From Macrostomum hystrix (taxonomy: Eukaryota; Animalia; Platyhelminthes): a DNA stretch of 64,000 bases. Under the pieces are notes generated by a model that saw only the letters and a list, made by a program, of their open reading frames with translations, searched no databases and was not told where the DNA came from. Where the stretch lies: assembly GCA_950097015.1 (NCBI GenBank), contig CATNEN010000014.1, positions 1,736,001 to 1,800,000 of the forward strand, given 5' to 3'. This document shows positions 1-12,669 of this stretch, one piece after another. Both the position numbers and the translations under genes were made by a program. Position 1 is the first letter of the stretch; every line of letters begins with the position of its first letter.

Positions 1-3000
1 GGCAGGCTGACCAGCTGGCAGTCCTGCGGGTCGCCGCCGCAGCAGGCGGAGGCGCGCAGCACCAGCAGGTAAATGCCATCCTCCCAGGTGCGGGTCACCA
101 GGCCTGCCTTGCGAGAAGCCGCGGGAGCCAACGTTGTGGAGGCTGCGGGCGTCGGAAAGAGGGATGATGGGCCTATTGATCATCACCCCTGGTCTATTGA
201 CCTTCGCCGCTAGTCTATTGATCTTCACTGCTAGTCTATTGACCTTCGCCGCTAGTCTATTGATCTTCACTGCTAGTCTATTGACCTTCGCCGCTAGTCT
301 ATTGATCTTCACTGCTAGTATATTGATCTTCACTGCTAGTATATTGATCTTCACTACTAGTGTATTGATCTTCACTGCTAGTCTATTGATCTTCACTGCT
401 AGTCTATTGATTTTCACTGCTAATCTATTGATCTTCACTGCTAGTCTATTGATTTTCACTGCTAATCTATTGATCTTCACTGCTAATCTATTGACCTTCG
501 CCGCTAGTCTATTGATCTTCACTGCTAGTATATTGATCTTCACTGCTAGTGTATTGATCTTCACTGCTAGTCTATTGATCTTCACTGCTAGTCTATTGAT
601 TTTCACTGCTAGTATATTGATCTTCACTGCTAGTCTATTGATTTTCACTGCTAGTATATTGATCTTCACTGCTAGTCTATTGATTTTCACTGCTAGTATA
701 TTGATCTTCAATTCTAGTCTATTGATCTTCACTGCTAGTATATTGATCTTCACTGCTAGTCTATTGATTTTCACTGCTAGTATATTGATCTTCAATTCTA
801 GTATATTGATTTTCACTGCTAGTCTATTGATCTTCACTGCTAGTCTATTGATTTTCACTGCTAGTATATTGATCTTCAATTCTAGTCTATTGATCTTCAC
901 TGCTAGTATATTGATCTTCACTGCTAGTCTATTGATTTTCACTGCTAGTATATTGATCTTCAATTCTAGTCTATTGATTTTCACTGCTAGTCTATTGATC
1001 TTCACTGCTAGTCTATTGACCTTCGCCGCTAGTCTATTGATCTTCAATTCTAGTCTATTGATCTTCAGCGCCACTTCATTCATGTGCACCGTGCGAGGAC
1101 ACTTAGAATTCCCTTCCAATCTCAGACTTATTTTAGGGACTTTATTTCCAGTATTTTACGCACCCTTAGAAGGCGCAGTGGTGCTTGGCAAGGCCGCAGC
1201 GCGCTTGCGCCTCCCACTAGTTTCTGGCTTTTTGCTGCTCTTAGAAGCACCGCCACCTGCAGCGGCAGAGTCGGTGGAATTGTCCGAGGCGCCAACACCG
1301 CGCGGATATTTCTTAGTCTCCAAGATGGTTGGCAGCCGCTGGTCGATGTTCGGCAGCAGCAGGGTGGCCGTTTCGCCGGCATTGCACACCAGGCACTGCG
1401 GGTTGTCGCCTAGCAACGAGTCCGGGTAGCGCTTCACTTTCACACTCTTGTAGTCGAATTCCTTCACCTGGGAGAGACAGGAGAGCGCCAGGTGATTCGA
1501 TTACGCACGACTGCGGCAGATTCACTGACATGAATCCTGTCATTACAGCATCACAAAGCCCTGACTGCGGCAGATTCACTGACCTGAATCCTGTCATTAC
1601 AGCATCACAAAGCCCTGACTGCGGCAGATTCACTGACCTGAATCCTGTCATTACAGCATCACAAAGCCCTGACTGCAGCAGATTCACTGACCTGAATCCT
1701 GTCATTACAGCATCACAAAGCCCTGACTGCAGCCGATTCACTGACCTGAATCCTGTCATTACAGCATCACAAAGCCCTGACTGCAGCAGATTCACTGACC
1801 TGAATCCTGTCATTACAGCATCACAAAGCCCTGACTGCAGCAGATTCACTGACCTGAATCCTGTCATTACAGCATCACAAAGCCCTGACTCAGAGCTCAG
1901 CTAGACCTCAAAAGGTTTTATTTGCATTTTATTGCCATGTAAACTGCAAAAAACGTGAAAACGCATTAAAATTATTGCAAGCATGCTGCAGGAATCGTTG
2001 AGAAATTTAGGTATTGGAGAAGACAAATTCAGAACCAGTGACATCATTTTTAATGGCAAATTAACATTTAAATTTAAATTTAATTTTTATTCAATTAACT
2101 AGGCTACTGACCTAACACAAAACGACCTTATGTTGGAATGCTGGGATCTCATTTGGTGGGGATGGAATGCTGGGATCTCATTTGGTGGGGATGGAATGCT
2201 GGGATCTCATTTGGTGGGGATGGAATGCAGGGATCTCATTTGGTGGGGATGGAATGCTGGGATCTCATTTGGTGGGGATGGAATGCTGGGATCTCAGTTG
2301 GTGGGGATGGAATGCTGGGATCTCATTTGGTGGGGATGGAATGCATGGATCTCATTTGGTGGGGATGGAATGCTGGGATCTCATTTGGTGGGGATGGAAT
2401 GCAGGGATCTCATTTGGTGGGGATGGAATGCTGGGATCTCATTTGGTGGGGATGGAATGCTGGGATCTCATTTGGTGGGGATGGAATGCTGGGATCTCAT
2501 TTGATGGGGATGGAATGCTGGGATCTCATTTGGTGGGGATGGAATGCTGGGATCTCATTTGGTGGGGATGGAATGCTGGGATCTCATTTGGTGGGGATGG
2601 AATTCTGGGATCTCATTTGGTGGGGATGGAATGCTGGGATCTCATTTGATGGGGATGGAATGCTGGGATCTCATTTGGTGGGGATGGAATGCTGGGATCT
2701 CATTTGGTGGGGATGGAATGCTGGGATCTCATTTGGTGGGGATGGAATGCTGGGATCTCATTTGATGGGGATGGAATGCAGGGATCTCATTTGGTGGGCA
2801 TGGAATGCAGGGGATCTCAGTGGGTGGGAAAGGAATGGCAGTTCAATTATCCAAAAAGCAGATTATTGATCACAAAAACTATTTTACCTTCCATTCGCAC
2901 TTAGCTTTGCCTTCAACAGCCAGGCGGGCGTCGCAAAGATTCTCGAATACAAAGCGAGGAAGATAATATGACAGTAAAAAACGATTTCGCAATGTAAGCT

Positions 3001-4949
3001 CTGTGTAGGCCGTGATCACAGACAGAAAGCACTGAACTCACTTTGAATAAATGTATTATGTGTAGTGTATGTACCCAAAGTCCCAAATACACCTCCACTT
3101 CGTGCCCTTGTTAGTGTGTTCTTAAATCCCAACTAAAATTACAGTGTGATCCCAAAACCCCATTACTTTTTGTGTGACCCTAAATCCCAATTAGAGTTAC
3201 TGTGTGATCCCAAATCCCAATTAGAGTTACTGTGTGATCCCAAATCCCAATTAGAGTTACTGTGTGATCCCTAATCCCAATTAGAGTTACTGTGTGATCC
3301 CAAATGTCAATTAGAGTTACTGTGTGATCCCTAATCCCAGTTAGAGTTACTGTGTGATCCCAAATGCCAATTAGAGTTACTGTGTGATCCTAAATGCCAA
3401 TTAGAGTTACTGTGTGATCCCAAATGCCAATTAGAGTTACTGTGTGATCCCAAATGCCAATTAGAGTTACTGTGTGATCCCAAATGCCAATTAGAGTTAC
3501 TGTGTGATCCCTAATCCCTATTAGAGTTACTGTGTGATCCCAAATGCCAATTAGAGTTACTGTGTGATCCCTAATCCCAGTTAGAGTTACTGTGTGATCC
3601 TAAATGCCAATTAGAGTTACTGTGTGATCCTAAATGCCAATTAGAGTTACTGTGTGATCCCAAATGCCAATTAGAGTTACTGTGTGATCCCAAATGCCAA
3701 TTAGAGTTACTGTGTGATCCCAAATGCCAATTAGAGTTACTGTGTGATCCCTAATCCCAGTTAGAGTTACTGTGTGATCCCTAATCCCAATTAGAGTTAC
3801 TGTGTGATCCCTAATCCCAATTAGAGTTACTGTGTGATCCCTAATCCCAGTTAGAGTTACTGTGTGATCCCAAATGCCAATTAGAGTTACTGTGTGATCC
3901 CTAATCCCAATTAGAGTTACTGTGTGATCCCTAATCCCAATTAGAGTTACTGTGTGATCCCTAATCCCAGTTAGAGTTACTGTGTGATCCCTAATCCCAG
4001 TTAGAGTTACTGTGTGATCCCTAATCCCAGTTAGAGTTACTGTGTGATCCCAAATGCCAATTAGAGTTACTGTGTGATCCCTAATCCCAGTTAGAGTTAC
4101 TGTGTGATCCCAAATGCCAATTAGAGTTACTGTGTGATCCCTAATCCCAGTTAGAGTTACTGTGTGATCCCAAATGCCAATTAGAGTTACTGTGTGATCC
4201 CTAATCCCAGTTAGAGTTACTGTGTGATCCCAAATGTCAATTAGAGTTACTGTGTGATCCCAAATGCCAATTAGAGTTACTGTGTGATCCCTAATCCCAG
4301 TTAGAGTTACTGTGTGATCCCAAATCCCAGTTAGAGGAACACTGTGTCCTAAATCCAAATTTTAAGTTAAAATATGATCCTAAATCCCAATTAAAGTTTC
4401 TGTTTGATCCCCGAACCACAATTGAGTTACCGTGTGATCCCTAATCCCAATTAGAGGTACAGAGTGGTCCCAAATCCTAATTAAAGTTAAAGTGTGATCC
4501 TGAATCCAAAAACGCAATCCGCTCTACAAAATTAATGTAAAATCCGCAGTATTTAAAGCATCTGGGACGATAAGCGAATACAAAGCAGCCCTGCCCCATA
4601 ACACCCGAGGCAAGCCAACCTGCATGAGCTCAGGCCGGTCATAGTACAGAGGAGCCCGCCTGGCATCCGATTCGAGCCCCGAGTACTCAGCGGCGCAGGG
4701 CGACTGGCGCAGCAGCCAGCCAATCTGGAAGCGAGTGGCATTGCGGGTTGACACAGAGGCTACGCCGTCTCCGGGGCAGACTATGTGCACAAGGATCTCA
4801 GCATTTTTGTATAGACTCTTGGTGAAGGTCATCAGCTGGCTGGTGGAGGTGAGGTCCATCTCTTTCACGCCTTGCTCGGAGCTGGTGAATGCTAGGCCAG
4901 TGTGGCTGCTCACAGTCAGCACTAGTAGGAGCAGAAGAATCTGAGACAT
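1..4949 (-). CDS. TMEM87: TMEM87 (lung seven-TM/GOST family)-like protein, 5' part; runs off the window. Exons 4949-4620, 1467-1164, 142-<1
   Basis: Signal peptide MSQILLLLLVLTVSSHTG. Motifs TFTKSLYKNAEILVHIVC, FQIGWLLRQSPCAAEY and RTWEDGIYLLVLR resemble recalled TMEM87A motifs FSFGKILFRNTTIF, ITWYLKSADCYNE and QTWQDAPYIFIVH. Splice sites are phase-compatible: CAG|GTTGGC...cccag|GTG (phase 0) and AAG G|GTGCGT...cgcag|CC (phase 1). Confidence 0.8.
190..1068. repeat. 21-bp minisatellite in TMEM87 intron 2
   Basis: Unit TTGATCTTCACTGCTAGTCTA with point variants. Confidence 0.95.
1508..1890. repeat. 54-bp minisatellite, about 7 copies
   Basis: Unit CTGACTGCGGCAGATTCACTGACCTGAATCCTGTCATTACAGCATCACAAAGCC. 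Confidence 0.95.
2133..2812. repeat. 29-bp minisatellite
   Basis: Unit GGAATGCTGGGATCTCATTTGGTGGGGAT. Confidence 0.95.
3180..4345. repeat. 30-bp minisatellite, with degenerate copies out to about 4510
   Basis: Unit TTAGAGTTACTGTGTGATCCCTAATCCCAA. Confidence 0.95.
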
Positions 4950-6620
4950 CACAATTCTGACTTTAATTCTGACTCTATGACCTGCTGATGGAACTGAAAA
5001 TCCAAATATGAGCATAGGTGAGTTGATAATTGTACTGAATCACTTGGTATTCAATACAATAGCAGTTAATTATATTTGATACACTTGCTAGTGTATATGA
5101 ACTAAGGACAATTCAGTAATGGACATTTTGGTAACACTCAGTACAGTTTGGTAAGATCCTTCAGTCAGTGTATCTAATTTTTAAAGATTGTAAACATGTT
5201 GATCTTTGGCTTTTTACATACACAGTATGACCTTAATCTAATTTCTAAAGATTGCAAGCATGTTGATCTTTGGCTTACAATATGTACATGTTACACAAGA
5301 GGCAACCATGATTTGTGTATGTGAAGGATAGGCCCTATTTCAAATTTATAGTGGCATTTTGGATGATTGATAGCTGGTAACCAAAATGTACCTGTCATGT
5401 TACCAAAATGTCTATTACCAATTGTCTTGCCCCCATGTTTATGTAATAAAAATGGTTTTGACCCATATTAAGAAATTGTAAGGTATTAAGAAGCATTCAT
5501 ATAGCCTAGCCTAGGCTCTTGGCCTTAGGCTCTAAGTATTATAATTTCTTAGTCATTCAACTTTGCTAGGCCTACTTATCATTTATAACTAAAAAAACAA
5601 AAATCAAAAAGAAATAATATATTGGCCTAGCTACTTCAACTGCAAGCTAGCAATTGTAGAACTAAAGAATTATATTCTCTATTTGATTTTACAGTATCTG
5701 CAATCCTTAGCTTAGGGAATTGTCTAATTCTTTAATTACAATTGCAAATCAGAATGTAGGGCCTAGGCCTACCCATAAATTAGACTACCTTTAGGCCCCT
5801 AGTTATGGCAACAAAAACTTTAGCTACACTGCTACAGCTTTTTAAATTTGCTATGTAGCTAAATTAGCTGCAGAAATTAGTTTTCAGTTTTTTAATTACA
5901 GCTACATAGCTATAGGCCTTAATATTTATACTCATTGTCCATTGCCTACGCCTACTATGCTATGGGCCTATGGCTATGGCTATGCAACATTATTCTTAGC
6001 TTACTAAAAAGCAAATAGGCCCCATTATATTTTGTTCCGACTACTATTTTTTCACATAAATAGGCTTCTAGTCTGTTTGCAAACAATACCTTTGAATTTT
6101 AGGAAACACATAATAGTAGGCCTAGGCCTACTGAACTAGCAGTGGGCTAGGCCTAATGAAAAGGGTATAGGCCTACTTAAAAAACATCACAGAAAATCGA
6201 ACATGATTTAGAGTAAAGGTAATCAAACATGTGCAACATAATCTTTCGAAAACCTTTTGTCCTGGTATTGAGCTAAGGAAGGAAAGCGGCAACATTTTTC
6301 TGTCACCTATAGGCCCTATTCATTTTTCTCATATTGAATTAGCACAGCAGCAAGATAGGCCTAGTCAACAGCACAACGAGAACAACATCAGCTTACGTAA
6401 TAAATACCAAGAATATAGTGACGTTGTTTGTCTCTAACTCGTGAAGCTAGGCTCGACTTAAATACATTATTGGTAGGCCTATTTACAATTTAGACACATC
6501 TTTAGACACTTTGGACCTAATAAAAATGGTTCGACAAATGCTTTCTTTAATGCAGCAGAAACCAGGTTTTACTGCCCTGTATAACCCCGGAAGATTCTAA
6601 AAGTAAAGCATATATAATGA

Positions 6621-6664
6621 ATCAAGGACCACTAGAAGAAGATCTTCTTCTAGTGGTCCTTGAT
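6621..6664. repeat. 44-bp perfect palindrome flanked by ATGA direct repeats
   Basis: ATCAAGGACCACTAGAAGAAGA|TCTTCTTCTAGTGGTCCTTGAT, with ATGA at 6617-6620 and 6665-6668. Confidence 0.9.
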
Positions 6665-7468
6665 ATGAATACATTCATATAGGAATATATGCATTAATAT
6701 ATGAATATTAATGCTTTTTTTGCTTAAGTACTGTTTAAAAAAGTTTTTAACCGATATTAAATTATTTATCACAGCTGCCTCATGTAATTGAAGTTGTCAT
6801 TTATATTTATTGATTTATCTGTTTAATATGCATTTTTCTGAAAGTTAGTTTAATTAAGCTAATGATATTTGTAACCATAGTGCCTTATATTAATTCATTG
6901 CCCAGATCATGCAGTATAGCTCAGATCATAGCCCAAATCATGCCTGAAAATTCAGTCATGCATTGGTATTGCCTGCCCAATTTGGTATGCATGTTTGGTG
7001 TGCACCTGTCTCTTATTGAATTCTTGGCATGCACATTTAGAGATTAATCTAGGTATAATGCATATGTAGAACTAATGCCTAATAGTAAAAAGTAAATAAG
7101 GATGTAGACAAAAATGATTTTGTTTCATGGCCAGTTTTTTATGTTTCTAGCATGCACTCTAGCCTTTCATTTCTTTCTGGCATGCAGCTGCAGAAAAAAA
7201 CTAGCATAATCTAGACTATGGTTTTCAATTATGCATATGTGTAGCATTTTCTATGTGGCTGCTCAGGCTTTGTAACATCAGAGTTTGCATCATTGTATGT
7301 CTACATATTAAATATTAATTTTTTTCAGAACATAACACAAACTGAAGTGTACATTTGTTTTGCTCCAAGTAATCGTCTTCATAATCAGTTCCTAAGCTGC
7401 CTCACTGATAGTGATAGAATATACTGAGTTCTGTTAGGAGGCTATAGAGTTCACACAGTTTGTTAGTT

Positions 7469-9308
7469 ATGCGCTATATCAGCATCCGCTACTGTAAGCG
7501 TTTCCTGTGCTGCAAGCAGACTGCCCTACTGCTCTGCACCCTGTGTGTAGCTACTGTCTTGGCGCTGCACTATGCCTGGCTACAGGCCAACAACACTAGC
7601 AGCCTCAGCATTGGCCTAGAAGGTGACACTAGTGACTCATCTCGGCTGGCCTATGCCAAGGCCTTTTACAAGAGGCTAAGTGGTGGTGGCCTGGCCAATG
7701 GCTCCTCAGCTGTAATGAGCAGCGCAGCTGGTGTACTGCTAGGCCCAGCCACACGCCACTTTGCCTTTGCCCTCAATGTGTCCCAGGCCCGCCTGGCCGA
7801 GCTGCTGGCTGACACCATGCAGATGATGGAGCTGCACAAAACTGCTCAGAAGACGCTGGTTAGAAACTACTATGGATAAATTATGTAGACAGACAATAAC
7901 AAAAATACTGTCTAGGGTTCGATTTTCTGTGATGTTTTTTAAACAGCGAGCATCTGCTCGTAATTACATGAAGGCTGTGGGCAATGACAAATCATTTGGC
8001 ACATCATTTGACACTTGACCCACAACCAGAAAGAAGAGGATTCAAAGCCTTCTCTCTGCTGCTATGCCTCAAATCAAGCTTAGGGACCTTAGTGCAAATG
8101 CGTTAACCGCTCTGCCACTGACCTCCCAGACAGATGGACATGCAGACAGAAATTGAGCAGACAAACAAACACAGAGAGTCAGGCAGATTAGACAGACAAT
8201 CAGCAGATAAACAAGCATACAGAGAGTCAGGCAGATTAGACAGACAATCAGCAGATAAACAAGCATACAGAGAGTCAGGCAGATTAGACAGACATTCAGC
8301 AGATAAACAAGCATACAGAGAGTCAGGCAGATTAGACAGACATTCAGCAGATAAACAAGCATACAGAGAGTCAGGCAGATTAGACAGACAATCAGCAGAT
8401 AAACAAGCATACAGAGAGTCAGGCAGATTAGACAGACATTCAGCAGATAAACAAGCATACAGAGAGTCAGGCAGATTAGACAGACATTCAGCAGATAAAC
8501 AAGCATACAGAGAGTCAGGCAGATTAGACAGACATTCAGCAGATAAACAAGCATACAGAGAGTCAGGCAGATTAGACAGACATTCAGCAGATAAACAAGC
8601 ATACAGAGAGTCAGGCAGATTAGACAGACATTCAGCAGATAAACAAGCATACAGAGAGTCAGGCAGATTAGACAGACATTCAGCAGATAAACAAGCATAC
8701 AGAGAGTCAGGCAGATTAGACAGACATTCAGCAGATAAACAAGCATACAGAGAGTCAGGCAGATTAGACAGACATTCAGCAGACGAAAAACATACCGGCG
8801 GACAGGCAGGCAGCGGAGTTGCTAAAATATCTCGCCCCGCCCGCAGGCGTACATGGTGTCGATCCAACCGGATTTCGACGCCAACGCTGGTAGCTGCCGT
8901 TGCGGCAGCATCTCGGAGCTCTGCCACTGCTGCGCCAGGGTGGCCCTTCGGCCGCTGCGGCTGGAGCAGACCGTGTGCATCGACTTCCGCTACGACGTGC
9001 ACCGGCAGTCGCTGCGCACTCGAATCGTGCTGGCCGGCGGCCCAGTGGTTGTTGACCAGCTTCTTGGCGTCTCTCGTCCGCCTGTGCTGTGCGCCGGCTC
9101 CACCCTGGAGCTGTGCGCCAGCTTCCGCAACACCAGCTACACCGTCAAGCTGCACAGCGAGCACAAGACTCGCCTGCGTGGCTGCCTGGACCTGCTGGTG
9201 AGTGTGCTGAACAGCACCGTGGCCGTCTATCCCATGGGCTGCTTCGAGGCGCGCGGACGAAGCGGCGGCGGCCTGCAGCGAATTGGAGGCGGCGGCATTG
9301 TAGCCTGA
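7469..9308 (+). CDS. Type II membrane protein with C-terminal DUF4773-like cysteine-rich domain, about 283 aa. Exons 7469-7858, 8847-9308
   Basis: N-terminal TM anchor ALLLCTLCVATVLALHYAWL. Donor CTG|GTTAGA and acceptor cccgcag|GCG are both phase 0. Exon 2 pattern CRCGSISELCHCC...VCIDFRY...RPPVLC...LCASFRN...GCLDL...MGCF matches the recalled DUF4773 pattern (CxC..CxCC, C, PPxxC, CxxFxN, GC, GCF). Codon bias is GC3-rich. Confidence 0.75.
8168..8782. repeat. 48-bp minisatellite in the DUF4773-gene intron
   Basis: Unit GAGTCAGGCAGATTAGACAGACATTCAGCAGATAAACAAGCATACAGA. Confidence 0.95.
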
Positions 9309-9507
9309 CTGCCTGCAAATGGAGTCCCAAATCTGCAGCTTTCAATAGATCTCTTTTTTCAGCTCGTAGGTCATAATTAAAACACCGATAGCTAATGAGT
9401 TCGATGTAGCTCAAAATTACTCATCAGTTTGTTATCCACGGAGAGCTGTTGCTTGATTATTTATCTAATTTGTTAATGCAATAGGCTCAACAATTTTGCT
9501 TTTCCTG

Positions 9508-9786
9508 CCCAGTGTACACTCGCTGTAAGTCCACCCCACTCCCTGTGAGCATCAGCTGTCGGTCAACCCCTCTCCCAGTGTACACTCGCTGTAAGTCCAC
9601 CCCACTCCGTGAGCATCAGCTGTCGGTCAACCCCTCTCCCAGTGTACACTCGCTGTAAGTCCACCCCACTCCCTGTGAGCATCAGCTGTCGGTCAACCCC
9701 TCTCCCAGTGTACACTCGCTGTAAGTCCACCCCACTCCCTGTGAGCATCAGCTGTCGGTCAACCCCTCTCCCAGTGTACACTCGCT
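9508..9786. repeat. About 66-bp tandem repeat, 4+ copies
   Basis: CCCAGTGTACACTCGCTGTAAGTCCACCCCACTCC... recurs at 9508, 9574, 9638, 9704 and 9770. Confidence 0.9.
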
Positions 9787-10169
9787 ATCAGCCCACCTCA
9801 CTCCTAGTGAACATTACTGTCAGTCAATCCCGCTCACTGTGAGTATTAGCTGTCAAGCAACCCCAACCCCACTCGCAGTGAACATCAGATGTCAGCCAAC
9901 CCCTTTTGTTTCTCGCTGCTTATTACTGAGTTAGGCTGAAAAGATTGCCTAAAATGTTTTTTGATTTGCCAAAAATTCCTTACTGCTTATAAACATTGTT
10001 TTCAGCTTTGCATTTCTCTTTTAGCTTTTGTTCGCCTCACATCTGTTTCACTTGCAGTCGGTTTATCTGTTTAGAAATCCTCTTCCTTTGCTTATTTGCC
10101 AATAGACCTTGTGCCCTTTGTAGAATTTCACTTATTCAGTGAAAAATAACCAGCATTGCCAATTGGCAG

Positions 10170-11070
10170 GCCCTAAACACAAAACAACCAAGAATGACAA
10201 GCCCTAAACACAAAACAACCAAGAATGACAAGCCCTAAACACAAAACAACCAAGAATGACAAACCCTAAACACAAAACAACCATGAATGACAAACCCTAA
10301 ACACAAAACAACCAAGAATGACAAACCCTAAACACAAAACAACCATGAATGACAAGCCCTAAACACAAAACAACCAAGAATGACAAACCCTAAACACAAA
10401 ACAACCATGAATGACAAGCCCTAAACACAAAACAACCAAGAATGACAGACCCTAAACACAAAACAACCAAGAATGACAAACCCTAAACACAAAACAACCA
10501 AGAATGACAGACCCTAAACACAAAACAACCAAGAATGACAAGCCCTAAACACAAAACAACCAAGAATGACAAACCCTAAACACAAAACAACCATGAATGA
10601 CAAACCCTAAACACAAAACAACCAAGAATGACAAACCCTAAACACAAAACAACCAAGAATGACAGACCCTAAACACAAAACAACCAAGAATGACAAACCC
10701 TAAACACAAAACAACCATGAATGACAAACCCTAAACACAAAACAACCAAGAATGACAAGCCCTAAACACAAAACAACCAAGAATGACAGACCCTAAACAC
10801 AAAACAACCAAGAATGACAAGCCCTAAACACAAAACAACCAAGAATGACAAGCCCTAAACACAAAACAACCATGAATGACAAACCCTAAACACAAAACAA
10901 CCAAGAATGACAAGCCCTAAACACAAAACAACCAAGAATGACAAGCCCTAAACACAAAACAACCAAGAATGACAAGCCCTAAACACAAAACAACCAAGAA
11001 TGACAGACCCTAAACACAAAACAACCAAGAATGACAAGCCCTAAACACAAAACAATCAAGAATGACAAAC
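10170..11070. repeat. 31-bp minisatellite
   Basis: Unit GCCCTAAACACAAAACAACCAAGAATGACAA. Confidence 0.95.
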
Positions 11071-11511
11071 ACTAATTTGATTTCCTTTCTTTCCATCTGT
11101 TTCAAATAACGCGCTGGTTGCAGTGGCTTACATTGTGTTTTTCGCTCTGTAACTCTAAACAGAACCAGACATTGAATTGTGAATGTACAGTTTTTATCTT
11201 TAATAATGCAGATGGTTCTGATGTGCCTGATGTTCTAGCTCCGTAGATGTGTCATCCCGATGCCCCGTATCGAACAATGCGAATTGATAATGCCTTGCCC
11301 TGCTTGCGCTGCACCCAGTCTGCACTGGCTTAAATCCACTTGCTTGCTACACACTATATAATATAGACCAGTTTATTCAGAAATCTACTCTGTTGGCTTG
11401 CAATCGGTTTTTTACCTTTTTTTGCGGCCCAAATTGCATTGAAATATAGCTGCTGCATGCCTCACGACCGCTGGGCCTTAGTGCCCCTTATTTTACCCAC
11501 ATCCTCCAGAT

Positions 11512-12669
11512 GCTCATCCTCAGCCTGAGCAGCCATCCTCCCAGATCCTCAGCCTGAGCAGCCATCCTCCCAGATCCTCAGCCTGAGCAGCCATCCTCCC
11601 AGATCCTCAAGTTGAGCAGCCATCCTCCCAGATCCTCAGGTTGAGCAGCCATCCTCCCAGATCCTCAGGTTGAGCAGCCATCCTCCCAGATCCTCAAGTT
11701 GAGCAGCCATCCTCCCAGATCCTCAAGTTGAGCAGCCATCCTCCCAGATCCTCAAGTTGAGCAGCCATCCTCCCAGATCCTCAGGTTAAGCAGCCATCCT
11801 CCCAGATCCTTAGGTTGAGCAGCCATCCTCCCAGATCCTCAGGTTGAGCAGCCATCCTCCCAGATCCTCAAGTTGAGCAGCCATCCTCCCAGATCCTCAA
11901 GTTGAGCAGCCATCCTCCCAGATCCTCAAGTTGAGCAGCCATCCTCCCAGATCCTCAGGTTAAGCAGCCATCCTCCCAGATCCTCAGGTTAAGCAGCCAT
12001 CCTCCCAGATCCTCAGGTTAAGCAGCCATCCTCCCAGATCCTCAGGTTAAGCAGCCATCCTCCCAGATCCTCAGGTTAAGCAGCCATCCTCCCAGATCCT
12101 CAGGTTAAGCAGCCATCCTCCCAGATCCTCAGGTTAAGCAGCCATCCTCCCAGATCCTCAGGTTAAGCAGCCATCCTCCCAGATCCTCAGGTTAAGCAGC
12201 CATCCTCCCAGATCCTCAGGTTGAGCAGCCATCCTCCCAGATCCTCAGGTTGAGCAGCCATCCTCCCAGATCCTCAGCCTGAGCAGCCATCCTCCCAGAT
12301 CCTCAGCCTGAGCAGCCATCCTCCCAGATCCTCAGGTTGAGCAGCCATCCTCCCAGATCCTCAGCCTGAGCAGCCATCCTCCCAGATCCTCAGCCTGAGC
12401 AGCCATCCTCCCAGATCCTCAGGTTGAGCAGCCATCCTCCCAGATCCTCAGCCTGAGCAGCCATCCTCCCAGATCCTCAGCCTGAGCAGCCATCCTCCCA
12501 GATCCTCAGGTTGAGCAGCCATCCTCCCAGATCCTCAGGTTGAGCAGCCATCCTCCCAGATCCTCAGGTTAAGCAGCCATCCTCCCAGATCCTCAGGTTA
12601 AGCAGCCATCCTCCCAGATCCTCAGGTTAAGCAGCCATCCTCCCAGATCCTCAGGTTAAGCAGCCATCA
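11512..12669. repeat. 29-bp minisatellite
   Basis: Unit GAGCAGCCATCCTCCCAGATCCTCAGGTT. Confidence 0.95.

Noticed and set aside
1405-1440. BTB/KCTD-like motif RYPDSLLG
   Set aside because: It sits in the luminal region of the TMEM87-like protein with no other BTB features, so it is a chance match.
10170-11070. Interstitial telomeric repeat (CCCTAA/CCCTAAA in the units here and at 3180-4345)
   Set aside because: There is only one hexamer per 30-31-bp unit and no tandem telomeric runs.
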